DNA of 64,000 nt from Rhizomicrobium sp. Its GTDB lineage: Bacteria > Pseudomonadota > Alphaproteobacteria > Micropepsales > Micropepsaceae. The stretch covers positions 1,152 to 65,151 of the forward strand of contig JBOHKH010000012.1 of the NCBI GenBank assembly GCA_050728995.1. Reading direction: 5' to 3'. Within the stretch, counting starts at the first letter, position 1. Every line of letters starts with the position of its first letter. Shown here piece by piece: positions 62,296 to 64,000 of this stretch. The notes beneath the pieces were generated by a model that worked only from the letters and a program-made list of their open reading frames with translations, was not told where the DNA came from and did not search any database. The translations under genes were made by a program, and so were the position numbers.

Positions 62296-63201
62296 TCATT
62301 CGGCCGCGAGACCGGCCGCCGAGGAAACTTCGGGTGCACTGAAGGCGATCAGTTCGCGCAGAGCCGCCGCGATTCGGAGGCGCGTGCTTTCGAAGCCGCA
62401 GCCCTTTTCCACGCGCTCCTCGTCGAGATAGAGCGCACGATTGATTTCGATCTGAAGAGCGTGAATGCCGGCGCCGGGCCGTCCGTAGAACTGGGTCGAA
62501 TGGCCACCCGCATAGGGCGTGTTTCGGCTGACGCGAAAACCCTGCCTGGAAAAGGCGTACTCGGCTGCGTAGGTAACGGAGGCGGCGGCGGCCAGGCCCA
62601 ACCTGTCGCCGAGCACGATGTCCGGCGCCGCGGTGCCCGACGGCATGGAATGGCAATCCACGAGCACCGCGATCCCGAAGCGCGTGCGCGTCTCGGCGAT
62701 CAGCCGCCCGAGCCGGCTGTGGTACGGCCGATAGAAGTTGCGGATTCGCTCTTCCGCTTCCCGCGCCGGCAGACGATGGCCATAGATCTCCACGCCCTCG
62801 CGCACGACCCTGGGAATGATGCCGAGACCGGCGTGTACGCGCGGGCTCTCGGTATCGACGGCGAGAGGCAGGCTGCCTTCGAACATGGAAGAATCGAGTT
62901 CGGTGGGGGCGCGATTGGCATCGAGATAGGCGCGCGGAAAACGGGCGAACAGCAGCGGCGCGCCGTATCCGGCGGCCGGACCGAAGAGTTCCTCGACAAA
63001 AGCATCTTCCGAGCGTCTGAGGCTCAGCGCGCCAAGCCGGCTGCGCGCCAGAAAGCTCGGAGGATAAAGCCGGCCGGAATGCGGCGAGGCGAAGACAAAC
63101 GGGACCATCTGCTGCAGCGGGCGCAGAACGCGGACCGGCTCGGCCAACAGGCTCTCGAGCACGGGATCCGTTTCACTGCTCTGGCCGACCGTCTGTCCCA
63201 T
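62296..63201 (-). CDS. N-formylglutamate amidohydrolase family protein
   Basis: FVFASPHSGRLYP and VLVDCHSMPS motifs. ATG 63201 chosen. Confidence 0.8.
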   Translation of the reverse strand: MGQTVGQSSETDPVLESLLAEPVRVLRPLQQMVPFVFASPHSGRLYPPSFLARSRLGALSLRRSEDAFVEELFGPAAGYGAPLLFARFPRAYLDANRAPTELDSSMFEGSLPLAVDTESPRVHAGLGIIPRVVREGVEIYGHRLPAREAEERIRNFYRPYHSRLGRLIAETRTRFGIAVLVDCHSMPSGTAAPDIVLGDRLGLAAAASVTYAAEYAFSRQGFRVSRNTPYAGGHSTQFYGRPGAGIHALQIEINRALYLDEERVEKGCGFESTRLRIAAALRELIAFSAPEVSSAAGLAAE

Positions 63202-63332
63202 CGTACCGGCGTTCTCGCTCACCCGACCGAATGCATCATCTGCAGCGGCTCCGCGCAAGCGCTCGGGCAGCGCGTTTGCCGCGTGCGTGCCGAAGAAGGC
63301 GTGATATAGGATCGGGGTGCGGAGGGGAACCC

Positions 63333-63692
63333 ATGGCGCGCATACTCTTGGCCGAAGACGACGAATCCCTCAGGCGGTTCCTGGCGGGCGCTCTCGTCAA
63401 GGCGGGCCACGAGGTCTCCGATTTCGGCGACGGCGAACAGGCCTGTGCGTGCCTCGCGCCGGACAGGTTCGATCTTCTCCTCACCGACATCGTGATGCCC
63501 GGCCTCGACGGGATCGAACTTGCCAAGCGCGCCGCCGAAATGGACGAACGTCTGAAGATCATGTTCATCACCGGCTTCGCGGCCGTAGCCCTCCACCCTT
63601 CGGCGAACGCGCCCAAGCGCGCCAAGGTCCTCTCCAAGCCTTTCCATCTGCGCGAGATCGTCTCGGAAATCGATCGCATGATCGCGGCGTGA
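63333..63692 (+). CDS. cpdR: single-domain response regulator CpdR
   Basis: MARILLAEDDESLRRFL...DLLLTDIVMPGLDGIELAKR...LKIMFITGFAAVAL...AKVLSKPFHLREIVSEIDRMIAA is near-colinear with Caulobacter CpdR as I remember it. Confidence 0.88.
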   Translation: MARILLAEDDESLRRFLAGALVKAGHEVSDFGDGEQACACLAPDRFDLLLTDIVMPGLDGIELAKRAAEMDERLKIMFITGFAAVALHPSANAPKRAKVLSKPFHLREIVSEIDRMIAA

Positions 63693-63759
63693 CGCCGGCT
63701 TCGGCGTTCGCCTTGCCAGTGCGCGCCCGCCGGCGCTATAGGGACCGTCCCCACGGCAC

Positions 63760-63834
<75 letters not shown>

Positions 63835-64000
63835 TTCAAGCGATTGTTCCGTCTAAACAATTTCAATTGGACGTCGTCACACGGAATTGAGTGCGACCGG
63901 AAGCAAACCGGAAGAAATCGAAACGAGTTCGGCTCGACTATATGCGAACGGTTCGTCCGCTTTCTTGTCTCACTTCGGAAAAACACTGAGGACATCTACA

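Noticed and set aside
59586-62342. Long alternative-frame and antisense ORFs (59586-60920 minus, 59618-60925 plus, 60759-62342 plus, 60922-61950 minus)
   Set aside because: They overlap the GT-C-like and GT4 genes, which have recognisable motifs and TM patterns. Their translations are Arg/Gly/Pro-rich low-information sequence.

Overview
High-GC chromosomal window that looks alphaproteobacterial (Hyphomicrobiales-like). The taxon is inferred from a CpdR-type response regulator, GGAAC..CGTT general-stress promoter motifs and the hopanoid operon layout. All calls come from reading the sequence and ORF translations; no database search was run.

Contents, left to right:
1. A 12.5-kb translationally coupled hopanoid operon (549-13022): hpnI-hpnJ-[ferritin-like di-iron gene]-hpnL-hpnA-hpnB-hpnC-hpnD-hpnE-shc-hpnG. 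It faces a convergent ispH-hpnH pair (17414-19531).
2. A roughly 4.3-kb lower-GC accessory insertion (13.0-17.4 kb) separating the two halves. It carries an IS1595-type transposase, orphan genes and an orphan promoter/terminator pair (sRNA candidate). It is bracketed by a perfect 24-bp inverted repeat.
3. An envelope-polysaccharide locus (19.7-32.4 kb) built around a 1144-aa GH18-like/CE4 deacetylase/GT2 synthase fusion, with three uncharacterised polytopic membrane proteins and a GT2-GtrA fusion.
4. A DUF969-DUF979-DUF2891 operon, a ligase-associated DNA-damage-response pair and a prolyl oligopeptidase.
5. Small secreted Tyr/Gly/His repeat proteins, then def-fmt-truA and dapE.
6. A stress island (48.4-55.1 kb) of secreted low-complexity proteins plus CBS, DUF4142, CsbD and hemerythrin genes. 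Several are preceded by exact EcfG-type GGAAC-N16/17-CGTT motifs.
7. A modBC operon with an internally deleted modA remnant.
8. A second, split GT-C/GT2/GtrA/GT4 glycosylation operon.
9. A second sRNA candidate with CCUCC loops, a hutG-like gene, cpdR, and tRNA-Val followed by a GC drop at the window edge.

The most interesting candidate is the di-iron oxygenase-type gene embedded in the hopanoid operon where hpnK is expected. Many long ORFs in the track are antisense or alternative-frame shadows typical of high-GC DNA and were rejected.
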